This document shows, one piece after another, positions 63,211-64,000 of a stretch of DNA of 64,000 nucleotides. The DNA is taken from NCBI RefSeq assembly GCF_006345805.1, contig NC_043006.1, forward strand, positions 63,240,001 to 63,304,000. The letters are read 5' to 3'. The first letter of the stretch is position 1; every line of letters begins with the position of its first letter. This DNA is from Octopus sinensis (Eukaryota). The translations under genes and the position numbers were made by a program. The notes beneath the pieces are model-generated. The model saw nothing but the letters and a program-made list of their open reading frames with translations, had not been told where the DNA came from and made no database searches.

Positions 63211-64000
63211 ATACTTTAGTCATTGCTCTCTCTTAATTATAGGAATATAACCATATACCTAGTTTATTATTAGCCTGGCCCATTATGCAATTATTTTCGT
63301 TTTAGCGATTCCAAGCGTTTTTAGTGGAGTTCACATTTCGGTTATGGAGGTTCTCTGGTTATTTCCAATATTCTTGTTACCATTAACTGCTTGATTTGGA
63401 ATCATATTTCTATTCATATTCTCCTTTATTTCGTTTCTGTTTATAATCCAACAAAGCGAACTCAATATTTATCCATCGGATGAAATATATTGGGATTGTC
63501 CCAAGTTACTCCTTGCCATTGGATGTGGTTCGCCAGAACTTTGATAATACTAGAATGTTTGAATAGTACCAGCCTGGATCTATTATCTCGATTTATTCAT
63601 TATATATATACTCAAATTTTTCCTGAGCACATATGCAGTCAACCTGCATATGGAGAAGCTTACCATAAATACATCTCTTTCATTGCTACCCAAAAAAGAA
63701 TACCTAAAAAAACATTTTTTTATAAAACCAATTCTTTTATGCGGCACATGAAGTGATGCACATATGAGTATGATCGGAAAGAAAACAAAACCGACCAGAC
63801 CAACAACGACGAGGATTTGCAGCATTTATTTAAATCTCGTGAGGTTCCACCACCTTATCCACAACTAGCCAGATTTAAAGAAATCTGGAGTATTATCAGG
63901 AGCATTAAATTCCAGTACACGCGGACATAATCGGTGATATATACCACTTAGATTATAATCTATACAACCCTTTAATTAAAAAAGATAACGTGAAAAACTA

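Noticed and set aside
63240-64000. Possible decayed DNA-transposon coding sequence at the window end
   Set aside because: There is no identifiable motif and the segment is truncated by the window edge.

Overview
This is AT-rich, microsatellite-dense animal genomic DNA. The repeat content (tRNA-derived SINEs with internal microsatellites, Dong/R4, RTE and Penelope-like retroelements, mariners) is what I recognise from octopus genomes; that species assignment is inference. The one host gene is a + strand class C orphan-type GPCR of the GPR158/GPR179/Drosophila CG31760 family. Five GT-AG exons (3821-4015, 9491-9559, 19499-19608, 25408-25553, 50727-50795) splice in frame to about 196 aa, covering the Cys-rich pre-TM linker, TM1-TM4 and ECL2. 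The 5' and 3' exons appear to lie outside the window. The rest is intronic and contains two near-full-length decayed mariners, a same-orientation cluster of Dong/R4 LINE pieces in (ATT)n tracts, RTE fragments (one with a PHD-type finger inside the RT), Naiad-type Penelope-like fragments, non-autonomous Helitrons, MITEs and fold-backs, and many SINEs. The best novelty candidate is a retrozyme-like unit at 48845-49850. It has 230-bp direct repeats 776 bp apart, each carrying hammerhead core words in a non-canonical, pseudoknotted order, with a third copy at about 40.0 kb. Almost all other ORF-track entries are microsatellite or TE artefacts. Coordinates were counted by hand; TE boundaries are approximate.
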